Shown: positions 1-8,940 of the stretch, one piece after another
How the letters are laid out: each line of letters begins with the position of its first letter
How positions within the stretch are numbered: position 1 is the first letter of the stretch
DNA from: Acidobacteriaceae bacterium
Lineage (GTDB): Bacteria; Acidobacteriota; Terriglobia; Terriglobales; Acidobacteriaceae
Assembly: GCA_003138955.1 (NCBI GenBank)
Contig: PLHP01000200.1
Coordinates: forward strand, 1 to 58,162
Direction of reading: 5' to 3'
Length of the DNA: 58,162 nucleotides
Position numbers and translations under genes: made by a program
The notes under the pieces: generated by a model
What the model was told of the DNA's origin: nothing
What the model saw: only the letters and a program-made list of their open reading frames with translations
Databases searched by the model: none

Positions 1-164
1 CCGGCTAATTTGGACAGCAGTGCCGTGGACTAAAAATGGGGGGCAGGTCAGGCGGTGATTTCAGGGCCGTTAATTTGCATGGCCGGAGAAGCGGTGTATC
101 ATCTGGCAACGTTTTACCGGCGTCGTTCGAGGCAAACTTGCTGCGATAAAAAGGCGAACATTCG

Positions 165-1262
165 ATGAAACTTGAAAAACAATTATTGCAGAGTCTTCCC
201 AAAGTCCTTCTGCACGAGCATTTGGATGGTGTGCTGCGGCCACAAACCGTGATTGAGCTGGCAAAGGATGTGGGTTACGCCGGACTTCCGACATCCGATC
301 CCCGGGCATTGGCGGAATGGTTTCATCGAGGCGCGAACCAGGGAAGCCTCGCCAAATACCTGGAGGGCTTTACCCACACGATCGCGGTCATGCAGACCGA
401 GGAGGCTCTGGAGCGCGTCGCCTATGAACAGGCCGAGGATCTAAGCAAAGATGGGGTGGTTTACTTTGAAACCCGCTTCGCGCCAATCTTTCACAAGCAG
501 CAAGGACTGACCCACCAGCAGGTAGTGTCGGCTGTCTTGAAGGGACTGGAGCGAGGGCGCAAGAATTTTGGTATCGCGTCGGGATTGCTCATCTGCGCGA
601 TGCGCAATATGGACGTATCGCTCGAGATGGCGGAACTGGCCGTCGATTTTCGTGCACGTGGCGTCGTCGGCTTCGATCTTGCCGGAGAAGAAGGCGGTTA
701 CCCTCCTAAAAAACATATGGAAGCCTTTCATTACATTCAGCGGGAGAATTTCAACATTACGGTTCACGCCGGGGAAGGTTATGGAAAGGAATCGATTTGG
801 CAGGCGATTCAGTACTGCGGGGCCCACCGGATCGGGCATGGAACGCGCCTGATCGACGATATCGCGGTCAAGGATGGCAAGGCCGTAAAATTAGGGGATC
901 TTGCCCAGTACGTGCTCGATAAAAGGATCCCGCTGGAAATTTGCCTGATCAGCAACGTCCATACCGGCGCCGCTCCCAGCTTGGCCGAACACCCTTTCAA
1001 AATTCTTTACCAGGAGAAATTCCGCGTCACCCTCAACACCGATAACCGGCTGATGAGCAGCACCAGCATGACGCAAGAGTTTGAAGCAGCGGCAGATACC
1101 TTTGGTCTATCGTTGGATGATTTCGAGAAGATCACCATCAACGCGATGAAGAGCGCTTTCCTGCCTTATCAAGAGCGCTGTGATTTGATTTACTCGATCA
1201 TCAAGCCCGGTTATGCCAAGGTTTATAAGTCCGCGAATCCGGCGACTCATTCGCAGCGATAA
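165..1262 (+). CDS. add: Adenosine deaminase
   Basis: 365-aa ORF with LPKVLLHEHLDG near the N-terminus, an internal VHAGE motif and a TLNTDN motif. These are characteristic of the adenosine/AMP deaminase metallo-hydrolase family. Confidence 0.9.
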   Translation: MKLEKQLLQSLPKVLLHEHLDGVLRPQTVIELAKDVGYAGLPTSDPRALAEWFHRGANQGSLAKYLEGFTHTIAVMQTEEALERVAYEQAEDLSKDGVVYFETRFAPIFHKQQGLTHQQVVSAVLKGLERGRKNFGIASGLLICAMRNMDVSLEMAELAVDFRARGVVGFDLAGEEGGYPPKKHMEAFHYIQRENFNITVHAGEGYGKESIWQAIQYCGAHRIGHGTRLIDDIAVKDGKAVKLGDLAQYVLDKRIPLEICLISNVHTGAAPSLAEHPFKILYQEKFRVTLNTDNRLMSSTSMTQEFEAAADTFGLSLDDFEKITINAMKSAFLPYQERCDLIYSIIKPGYAKVYKSANPATHSQR

Positions 1263-1300
1263 TTATTACCGGGAAAGCGCCACCAGAGTTTCGGCAGGTA

Positions 1301-1326
1301 CCAGCATTTTCGCTGGCGATTTTTTT
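1301..1326 (+). terminator. Weak rho-independent terminator candidate between the convergent add and PilZ genes
   Basis: A ccagc-attttc-gctgg hairpin (1301-1316) is followed by cgattttttt, a 7-T run ending at about 1326. The stem is only 5 bp. Confidence 0.35.
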
Positions 1327-1403
1327 CAGCGGCGCATATTCGTCCGGGCGATGACGGTATCCGCGTTTGGCGCGCGCTCGGCCGACTGTCGAGTGGTTGC
1401 ACT

Positions 1404-2837
1404 CTAACTTTGGCCGGCGCCGGGTTCGAGTTCCTGACGAAGTTGCTGGCCCAGAACGTTCGCCACCGAATTCAAGTCCTTGGCGAGTGCGAGGCGCCAC
1501 TTTTCCGTGGACTGCTGTGCGAGTTCCTCGAATTGTTGCGCGGTTGACATCACAACGTCCTCGCCCCGGGCTGTCACCGAGGCAGAAAAGGAGACTTCAA
1601 TGCGGTTCTGGATGGTTCTCAGGTGGCCGCACATCTCGCTGAGCCTGGTTTCGATTTCATTCGAGCCGCGTGTTTGCAGGTTCTTGAGTGCCAGAGCCCC
1701 AGCGCTCTCGATTTGACCTTCTGCACCGGAGATGATTTCGGCGGCGATGCGCTCCAGGTGCGCATCGAGATTCGACTCAAGCCGGCGCACGGACTCGTTC
1801 AGCGCTGCCATCCTCCGGCCAAGGTCCGACACTTCCGACTGAAGTTGGAATGCTTTCGCGGCGGCATCGGCCTGGGCCTGCTCGATCTTACGGCGATGAA
1901 CCTCGTGTGATTCCGCAAGTTGCTCCTGCAAAGAACACAAGAGTTTTTCGCCTTGTGCGTCGAGATTTGCTCCCGTCTCCAAAGCCTGCCGCTGCAGTTT
2001 CTCGATTCCGGCGCGGACATGCTGTTGCGTCGTGGTGGTGAGTTCCTTTGACAATACCTGCGCCCGTTGTTCGACGGCGTGCAGTTCACCGGCAAGACGG
2101 TGCCGAAACTCGGTCAGGGCTGCACCGATCTTTTCCTCCATGGCCGTTTTCGCCGATCCCAGCATCTCGGCGGACTGTTGTCGCGTCTGCTCCAGGACGC
2201 GCGTCCCAAGCTCATGCCGCAGGCGCTCCCAGAGCTTCTCCTCCAACTCAGGCGGAATATACCCCAGGGACACCTCGAAGCGGTTGCGCTTGGCGTTCGC
2301 GGCCAGCTTCTCGCGGAGTTCGGTGACTTCCGATTGCAAGGGCTGAACGAATTTCGCAAGGATGCCTCGCAAGCGGTCCTCGGAGAGTTGCTCCTTGATG
2401 GTATCGAGAACGTCTCGCGAGGGGAAAGGGGTTTGCGGTTGGTGCAGAACAGCGGACTTGGCCGCCAGTTTCTTGGGACTTTGTTGAGCTGCGGACGCGG
2501 GCATTTCGAGTACTCTCCAATCATCGGGACAGGATTCCAATCCCCAAAAGTTTTCCGGCCGGTCGAGCTGTGCGCCCAGCCGGAAGCCTTGTCCGTCGGG
2601 CTGGCAGAAAACCACGTAGGCCGTGGCCTGCTGGCCTCCTTGGCCGTGCAGGCGCAGGGCGCTTCCAGTGTCCAATTTCAGGGGGAGGCGGAGCGCACAC
2701 CCATGGGCGCTGACCACCAGCGTTTCACAGATCTCGGAGAACTGGGTATTGGGCTCCATGCTGGTGACGAGAACGGGAACTTGGATGGGTACTCTTGAGC
2801 TACGACGTATTACGGTGTGACCGTTGGAAGCGGGCAT
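1404..2837 (-). CDS. PilZ-domain protein with a long C-terminal coiled coil
   Basis: The ATG at 2837 is preceded by GAGGAG. N-terminal RRSSR...SAHG fits the PilZ RxxxR / (D/N)xSxxG c-di-GMP-binding signature. The remaining ~350 aa are E/Q/L/A-rich and heptad-like. The longer ORF reaching 3059 lacks an RBS. Confidence 0.6.
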   Translation of the reverse strand: MPASNGHTVIRRSSRVPIQVPVLVTSMEPNTQFSEICETLVVSAHGCALRLPLKLDTGSALRLHGQGGQQATAYVVFCQPDGQGFRLGAQLDRPENFWGLESCPDDWRVLEMPASAAQQSPKKLAAKSAVLHQPQTPFPSRDVLDTIKEQLSEDRLRGILAKFVQPLQSEVTELREKLAANAKRNRFEVSLGYIPPELEEKLWERLRHELGTRVLEQTRQQSAEMLGSAKTAMEEKIGAALTEFRHRLAGELHAVEQRAQVLSKELTTTTQQHVRAGIEKLQRQALETGANLDAQGEKLLCSLQEQLAESHEVHRRKIEQAQADAAAKAFQLQSEVSDLGRRMAALNESVRRLESNLDAHLERIAAEIISGAEGQIESAGALALKNLQTRGSNEIETRLSEMCGHLRTIQNRIEVSFSASVTARGEDVVMSTAQQFEELAQQSTEKWRLALAKDLNSVANVLGQQLRQELEPGAGQS

Positions 2838-3116
2838 AGTGCTCCTCTGCTTAGCGGGGCTTGCGTGGCAGACAGCCTTTTGAGCCTCTTCATTAAAGTA
2901 CCGCGATGTGATGGCCGATGCCTCTCTCGGGAGTGTGCTTCCAAAATGTTCGAGCGTACACGCGCCAGACTGCCCATTTGCCAGAAACTGCAATGTACCT
3001 TGGACCGAAGCCCGCTGTACAACTGGTCCGCCGCAGTCATATTCGCGATAAGATGACATACGCTGGATTCAAAAGGGAAATGTGGGCCAAGGCTTCCAAT
3101 CAAAAGAGGTGCGCCT

Positions 3117-3572
3117 GTGATTGAACGACTTAAGGAAACTGGAGGAGCCGCGTTCGGTTTTAAGGTGGCAGGAACGCTGTCGGAGGAAGACTTCAAAGCA
3201 TTCGAGCCGCAACTTGAATTCTTCATCGCACAACATAAGAAGCACCCGATCGGCATCCTCGCGGACCTTGCAGAAATGCGCGGAGCCGAATGGAAGGCAC
3301 GCTGGGAGGACCTTCGGTTTCTCCAGAAGCACACGAACCAGATCGCCCGGATGGCGGTTGTCGGAGCACATCGTTGGGAGGAAGTGGTGGACATCCTCAC
3401 CGCGGGAGCGGCCATTCTGCAATCCGAGACGCGTTACTTCGAATCCTCCGAGATCCAGCACGCGTGGCAATGGGCGAGGACCGCGAAACACGCTGAAGAT
3501 GCTCCCGTCCGAATAATTTCGCCAGCAACCGGGATCTGGAAGGATTACCACCCGGAGTTTATGGGTTTGTAA
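3117..3572 (+). CDS. SpoIIAA-like STAS-fold protein (DUF3478-type)
   Basis: 151 aa. The pattern GFKVAGTLSEEDF...LADLAEMRGAEWKARWEDLRF..H...IARMAVVG..RW...YFESSE...AWQW matches the SpoIIAA-like family layout as I recall it. GTG start. Confidence 0.7.
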   Translation: MIERLKETGGAAFGFKVAGTLSEEDFKAFEPQLEFFIAQHKKHPIGILADLAEMRGAEWKARWEDLRFLQKHTNQIARMAVVGAHRWEEVVDILTAGAAILQSETRYFESSEIQHAWQWARTAKHAEDAPVRIISPATGIWKDYHPEFMGL

Positions 3573-3679
3573 TCGCAAAAGCGCAGGAAGAGAAGCCGGG
3601 CATGCTTGTCAGTCTTCAGTCGGTTTCAGACCCCAGTGTCGGAGATCACCTCCGGAGTTGACGGTGCGCCCCGAATATA

Positions 3680-4849
3680 ATGATGCTTATGGCACTCCCC
3701 GGCCGTCTTCCATCTGAAGTCGACGTGGTCGTCATCGGCGCCGGCTTCGCGGGCGCCTCAGTTGCCGCTGCGTTGACGCGGGCGGGGGTCACGCGGGGAG
3801 TGATTCTCGAACGGGAACTGCTGCCCGGAAGCCACGCCTCCGGACGCAACGCGGCGATCGCACGCCAAGTGGAGGCAGATCCTGTCCTTCGGAAGCTCTC
3901 CATTGAAGGCGTGCAGCGGCTCAGTGCCAAGACTATTGCCGGATCTCCGGTCCTCTGCCAGAGCGGAGGCCTGTACCTGACTCACGGAGAGCCACACCGA
4001 GCCGCCGAATGGTGTGCACAACTCCACGAACAATGCGTGCCTTCGGAACTGCTACCTGTTGCCAAAGCCCGGCAACGCTTTCCGTTTCTGAACAGGTTTG
4101 AGTTTGACTACGCGCTCTTCTGCCCCACCGACGGAATCGTTGATATCCATGCCCTGCTGAGTGATCTGCTGGCGGAGGCCAGGCAAGCTGGCTTTGAAAT
4201 CATCACCGACTGCGCCTGTGAATCCTTGATTCTCGAGGGATCGGTGGCGCGCGGATCGGTGGTGCGCGGTGTCCGAACAACACATGGCGAAGTCAGTGCT
4301 CGCATCGTCGTCGATGCCGCAGGCGCGTGGGCGGGGTGCGTTGGCCGCGAATCCGCTCCACTCCCGCTAAGGCGCCTTCGTCGACACCTGTTCGTCTCCG
4401 GCGACTCGGAACTCCTTCCCCATAATGCTCCGGTGGTATGGGATCTCGATGCCGGATACTACGTGAGGCCGGAAGGAGCAGGCCTCCTTCTTTGTCCCTG
4501 CGATGAGACCGAGCATCCGCCTGGCACCCCTGAGGTTAGCCCCGAGGCCGAGGATCTCCTTGTCGATAAGCTTTTGAAGCATGCTCCCGGACTTGCGGAC
4601 ATCAGCTTGCGCCGCAGCTGGGCGTGCCTTCGGACCTTCGCGCCTGACCGGCGACCCATCATCGGATGGGATCCGGACATCGACGGGTTGTTCCACGTTT
4701 CGGGCCTCGGTGGTTTTGGAATGACCGCGAGTCTGGCCGTCGGCGACATCGCATCTACACTGATCTGTGGTGGTGTGGTGGACTGGATCGATGCTGGTTC
4801 CTTCAGCGCCCGCCGAGATATCCTCAGGTCAATTCCGCAGTGCCATTGA
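3680..4849 (+). CDS. FAD-dependent oxidoreductase (DAO / glycine-D-amino-acid oxidase-like)
   Basis: 389 aa with an N-terminal Rossmann dinucleotide motif, DVVVIGAGFAGASVA. Length and C-terminal GLGGFG are typical of the DAO family. Confidence 0.75.
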   Translation: MMLMALPGRLPSEVDVVVIGAGFAGASVAAALTRAGVTRGVILERELLPGSHASGRNAAIARQVEADPVLRKLSIEGVQRLSAKTIAGSPVLCQSGGLYLTHGEPHRAAEWCAQLHEQCVPSELLPVAKARQRFPFLNRFEFDYALFCPTDGIVDIHALLSDLLAEARQAGFEIITDCACESLILEGSVARGSVVRGVRTTHGEVSARIVVDAAGAWAGCVGRESAPLPLRRLRRHLFVSGDSELLPHNAPVVWDLDAGYYVRPEGAGLLLCPCDETEHPPGTPEVSPEAEDLLVDKLLKHAPGLADISLRRSWACLRTFAPDRRPIIGWDPDIDGLFHVSGLGGFGMTASLAVGDIASTLICGGVVDWIDAGSFSARRDILRSIPQCH

Positions 4850-4973
4850 TCGGTGACTGCGATTGGTCAGTCCAAGAATTGTTGCACATTAACGCGAATA
4901 GGGATTGGGGTACAATAGCCGCCGTTCTTGGGTGAAAAAGGAAATTCCGGCTTACCGATAAAGGAGTCAGTCT

Positions 4974-6020
4974 ATGCATTCGAACCGCAGAAGCTTTTTG
5001 AAACGAGCAGGCGCGATCGGCGCCGTGGCCACACTGGGCGGGTTGAACACAGCAAGCGCGGAAACCAAGCCGGCCAAGCCGGCAGGCCAGGAGAAGAAAG
5101 GCCTGGCGCGCGGTCTGACCTTGCTGACCATGCGCCGCAACGGCGAATACCGCCTGGGAGCCAAGACCAGCAAGGGCATTCTCGACGTCAAGGAAGCAGC
5201 AGGCTTTCTCAAACTGTACTCTCCCGCCACACTGGACGACATGCTGCAGCGCGAGGAGGGCGCCAGCGTGCAGGCGGTGGTTGGAGCCGCCATGCAAGCG
5301 AACGCCGCGCAGAAGCTGTTCCTCAAGGAAGAGAACATCGAGTATGGGCCGCTGGTCATCCGCCCGGAGAAGATCGTGTGTGTGGGGTTGAACTATCGCA
5401 AGCACGCGCAGGAAATCAAGATGCCCATTCCCAAGCAACCGGTGCTCTTCAACAAGTACAACAACTCTTTGCTACAGCACGGCGGCACCCTCAAGTTGCC
5501 CTCGGCCGTGGCGACCAAGTTCGACTATGAGATCGAACTGGTCATCGTGATGGGCAAGGAGGCGCGCGACGTCAGCGAGAAGGACGCGCTTTCATGCGTC
5601 GCCGGATACGCGACCGGCAACGATTTCAGTGCGCGCGACCTTCAGTTCGAAACCGGCGGCCAGTGGATGCAGGGCAAGTCTTCGGACGGCTTTGCCCCCT
5701 TGGGCCCTTATTTCGTCACCGCCGAGCAGGTTGATCCCGACAATCTGAACCTGGAATGCCGGGTCAATGGCGAAACCCGCCAGTCGTCGAACACCAACGA
5801 CCTGATCTACAACTGCAGCCAGATCATCAGATATACCTCGGCCCGCATTTCCCTCCGGCCAGGAGACATCATCTTCACCGGCACGCCGGGAGGAGTGATC
5901 TTCGGCGGAGTTGTCGGTGGGTTGGCCGTTCCCAAGGAGAAGTACGTTTGGCTCAAAGCCGGCGACAAGATTGCCTGCAGCCTGGAAAAGCTAGGAGAAC
6001 TGAAGTTCGATCTGGCGTAA
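4974..6020 (+). CDS. Fumarylacetoacetate hydrolase (FAH) family protein with a twin-arginine signal peptide
   Basis: The N-terminus MHSNRRSFLKRAGAIGAVATLGGLNTASA fits the Tat consensus S/T-R-R-x-F-L-K plus an h-region and AxA site. The C-terminal ~220 aa carry FAH-fold motifs (KIVCVGLNY..H, FDYEIELV, GD.IFTGTP.G). Confidence 0.8.
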   Translation: MHSNRRSFLKRAGAIGAVATLGGLNTASAETKPAKPAGQEKKGLARGLTLLTMRRNGEYRLGAKTSKGILDVKEAAGFLKLYSPATLDDMLQREEGASVQAVVGAAMQANAAQKLFLKEENIEYGPLVIRPEKIVCVGLNYRKHAQEIKMPIPKQPVLFNKYNNSLLQHGGTLKLPSAVATKFDYEIELVIVMGKEARDVSEKDALSCVAGYATGNDFSARDLQFETGGQWMQGKSSDGFAPLGPYFVTAEQVDPDNLNLECRVNGETRQSSNTNDLIYNCSQIIRYTSARISLRPGDIIFTGTPGGVIFGGVVGGLAVPKEKYVWLKAGDKIACSLEKLGELKFDLA

Positions 6021-6043
6021 CGACGGGTGTGGGGGAACAGGAA

Positions 6044-6802
6044 CTATTTCGCTTCTTCATGCAGCGCTTGGCGTGTAGCCTCAAGAGTGTTAATCAGCGA
6101 CTCCCGAGGGAGCTTCTGGATGATCGGTTCGATGACCCATCCCAGCCCGAAGGGCACGTCTCGCGTTAGTGAAATGGCTCGACACTCAACGTACATACCA
6201 CCCTCCCGTTCCTGGAATCTCCAGTAGGAATACAGTCGCCAGAGGAAGCCGTAACCTGTATCGGGCGGCAGCACTGTCTCTTTCGGGCTTCCGGCATTCT
6301 CCACTTCAGCAATCCGCGTCGTGTACGAGTAACAAGTCCAGCGGGTTCGGTCCAGGGAACGATAATGGACGTCATGATCGGTATCGAGGACCACGGTCAT
6401 GATTTTCTTTTTGAGAAGTCGTAAGTAAATTTTGAAATCGTTGTTCTGATGGCTTATTAACCTTGAGGCAATCACGTCGGGCTTGTAGATATTCTTGTGG
6501 TTATCGTAGTCCTGGATCAGCGCCAAGGTCTTTTTGAGGTTCGTAGCAGGAATGAATACGGCGGCGATCCAGTCATGGATCAAACCATTGGGCACTTTGA
6601 CCGGCCCTTGACCGGCCCAGAATTGCGCCACAACTTGTCCTCCGCGGACCAGTTGGGCCCTCTCGGCGCTGACTTCAGACCAGAGGAATGGATTTTTGCC
6701 GTGCAGCGTCTGCTCCATCCCCGCTTCGGCCTCACGAATATATTCATCAAAAGCCGCCACGGTTTGAGGCTTCAACTGCACCGGTTTTGCAGTTTGCGCC
6801 AT
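6044..6802 (-). CDS. Hypothetical protein (conserved-looking, function unknown)
   Basis: Uninterrupted ORF with protein-like composition. ATG at 6802 is preferred over the TTG at 6850. I recognise no motif. A START/SRPBCC-like fold is only a guess. Confidence 0.5.
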   Translation of the reverse strand: MAQTAKPVQLKPQTVAAFDEYIREAEAGMEQTLHGKNPFLWSEVSAERAQLVRGGQVVAQFWAGQGPVKVPNGLIHDWIAAVFIPATNLKKTLALIQDYDNHKNIYKPDVIASRLISHQNNDFKIYLRLLKKKIMTVVLDTDHDVHYRSLDRTRWTCYSYTTRIAEVENAGSPKETVLPPDTGYGFLWRLYSYWRFQEREGGMYVECRAISLTRDVPFGLGWVIEPIIQKLPRESLINTLEATRQALHEEAK

Positions 6803-7074
6803 AGCACCCGATCGATTGCGAATCGTGATCCGCCCAGATTCAGTTGTCAACTCCGCCGCAGGCGACCGTCATGCGGGGCGGTTTAGGTGTGCCGAACGGT
6901 GAGGCCGATATCATGAGTTTCCCATTTTAGCAGTTTGCCTGCGGGTCTCGACGGCCTCACCTGGGGTTTACGCTTAGCAGGGCTCGATATGAAGCCTTGA
7001 ACAATTCTACTTTTCAGGCATAATGCGCAGTTATCAATTGCGTAAAATCCTGGCACCGGGTCGGTTGGGGTTTC

Positions 7075-8202
7075 ATGGGCGGAAAACAGTCTCCTATCCT
7101 GAACAGCAACAAGTTGAAATTGGGCTTCTTTTCTCCGAATTGCTCGGGTGGTATGGCGGTCACAAAAGTTCCCGAGCGCTGGGTCAATTCCTGGGACAAC
7201 AACATCCGACTGGCGCAGCTGGCCGACGAAGCCGGTATCGAATTCCTGCTGCCGATCGCGCGCTGGATCGGTTACGGCGGTGAAACCGACTTCCACGGCA
7301 GCGTGCTGGAGACGCTTACGTGGGCGACCGGGCTGCTGGCGAACACGAAACGGATCAATGTCTTCGCCACCGTCCACACCGCGTTCATTCATCCCGTGGT
7401 CGCCGCCAAGCAACTCGCGACCGCCGACCAACTCGGCCACGGGCGCCTCGGGCTGAACATCGTGGCCGGGTGGAACAAGCCCGAGTATGATGCCTTCGGC
7501 ATCGATTTGCCGGAGAAGCACAGCGACCGCTACGCCCTCGCGCAAGAGTGGTTCGACGTGGTCAAGGCCATCTGGAACCACAACGGTCCGTCCGATTGGA
7601 ACGGCAGGTTTTACCACCTGAAAGGGGTGTACGGATTCCCCCGTCCCTATGACGGGGTTCCGCCCATCATGAACGCGGCGGGATCGGGCGAGGGCCGCGA
7701 ATTTGCGGCGCGCAATGCCGACTTTCTGTTCGCCATCTCCGTCGATCTGGAGAAATCAAAAACCGAGGTTGATGCGATCAAAGAAAACTCTGCCAAGCTG
7801 GGGCGAAGTACCGGCGTCTTCACATTGTGTCACGCGGTTTGCCGCCCAACAAAGAAAGAGGCCGAGGACTACTACCGTTACTATGCCCATGACAACGCCG
7901 ACTGGGGAGCGGTCGACAACCTGATGCGGCTTCAAGGCATGCACGCGCAATCGTTCCCGGCGGAGGCGCTGCAAATGCTGCGCGATCGGTTCGCCGCCGG
8001 ACACGGCACCTATCCGCTGGTCGGCGACCCCGACACCATCGTGAAAGAAATGGAAAAGATTACCGCCTCCGGGTTTGCCGGTACCACCCTGAGTTTTGTC
8101 GACTACGTAAAAGAGTTTCCTTATTTTCGCGATGAGGTCATTCCACGTTTGGAACGAAAAGGTCTGCGCGAGAAATTCAAAGGTCAACCGGGTGCGGACT
8201 GA
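7075..8202 (+). CDS. LLM-class flavin-dependent monooxygenase (RutA/SfnG-like clade)
   Basis: 375 aa. KLGFFSPNCSGG, AAKQLATADQLGHGRLGLNIVAGWNKPEYDAFGI and FAARNADFLF align by eye with E. coli RutA and Pseudomonas SfnG as recalled. Confidence 0.8.
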   Translation: MGGKQSPILNSNKLKLGFFSPNCSGGMAVTKVPERWVNSWDNNIRLAQLADEAGIEFLLPIARWIGYGGETDFHGSVLETLTWATGLLANTKRINVFATVHTAFIHPVVAAKQLATADQLGHGRLGLNIVAGWNKPEYDAFGIDLPEKHSDRYALAQEWFDVVKAIWNHNGPSDWNGRFYHLKGVYGFPRPYDGVPPIMNAAGSGEGREFAARNADFLFAISVDLEKSKTEVDAIKENSAKLGRSTGVFTLCHAVCRPTKKEAEDYYRYYAHDNADWGAVDNLMRLQGMHAQSFPAEALQMLRDRFAAGHGTYPLVGDPDTIVKEMEKITASGFAGTTLSFVDYVKEFPYFRDEVIPRLERKGLREKFKGQPGAD

Positions 8203-8253
8203 AAGGGATCTGAACCCTTGGGGGGCAGAGAGACTGAGGTTGGAAATAAAAAC

Positions 8254-8940
8254 ATGACGCACGCATCCGGCGCCAGCCCCGAGAAGACACTCTCCCAGGC
8301 CATCAAGGAGCGCAGAGCCACGCCTAGTTTCTTGCCCGATGCAGTGCCGGAGAATGACCTCAAGAAAATTCTTGAGGCGGGACTCTCCGCTCCCAGTGCC
8401 TACAATCTCCAGCCCTGGCGATTCTTGGTGGTGCGCAACGCTGAACAGCGCGCGCGCTTGCGGCAGGCGGCCATGAAGCAGCCCAAGGTGGAAGAGGCTC
8501 CAGTGGTGGTCGTGGCCTGCGCCGATCTGGAAGGGTGGCGCAACGGGGATCTCGACGAGATCATCCGTCTTGCCCAGCAACACGGCTACGGCGATGAGGC
8601 TCGCTACGCCAGCATGCGCAAGAACATTGCCGGTTTCTTCGGTTCCACTCCGGGCACCGCCGCCGGATTAGCGCCCGATTTCGCGGTGTGGGCCAACCGG
8701 CAGACCATGATCGCCTTCACAACCATGATGTGGATGGCCGAAGTGCTCGGCTACGACACCGCGCCCATGGAAGGATTTTACGAAGACCAGATCAAAGCGA
8801 CGCTGGGCATTCCATCCCAGGTTCGGGTTGTGGCACTCCTGGCCATCGGCCATCGCAAAGGAGAAGACAAGCGCTTTGCCGGACGCTTCGCTATGCAGCA
8901 CACCGTATTTGCCGAGAACTGGGGGACCCGATTCCTTTAG
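8254..8940 (+). CDS. Nitroreductase-family flavoprotein (possible flavin reductase partner)
   Basis: IKERRATPSF, NLQPWRF.VV and the C-terminal GYD..PM.GF are typical nitroreductase-fold motifs. The ATG at 8254 is chosen; a TTG at 8218 is also possible. Confidence 0.8.
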   Translation: MTHASGASPEKTLSQAIKERRATPSFLPDAVPENDLKKILEAGLSAPSAYNLQPWRFLVVRNAEQRARLRQAAMKQPKVEEAPVVVVACADLEGWRNGDLDEIIRLAQQHGYGDEARYASMRKNIAGFFGSTPGTAAGLAPDFAVWANRQTMIAFTTMMWMAEVLGYDTAPMEGFYEDQIKATLGIPSQVRVVALLAIGHRKGEDKRFAGRFAMQHTVFAENWGTRFL

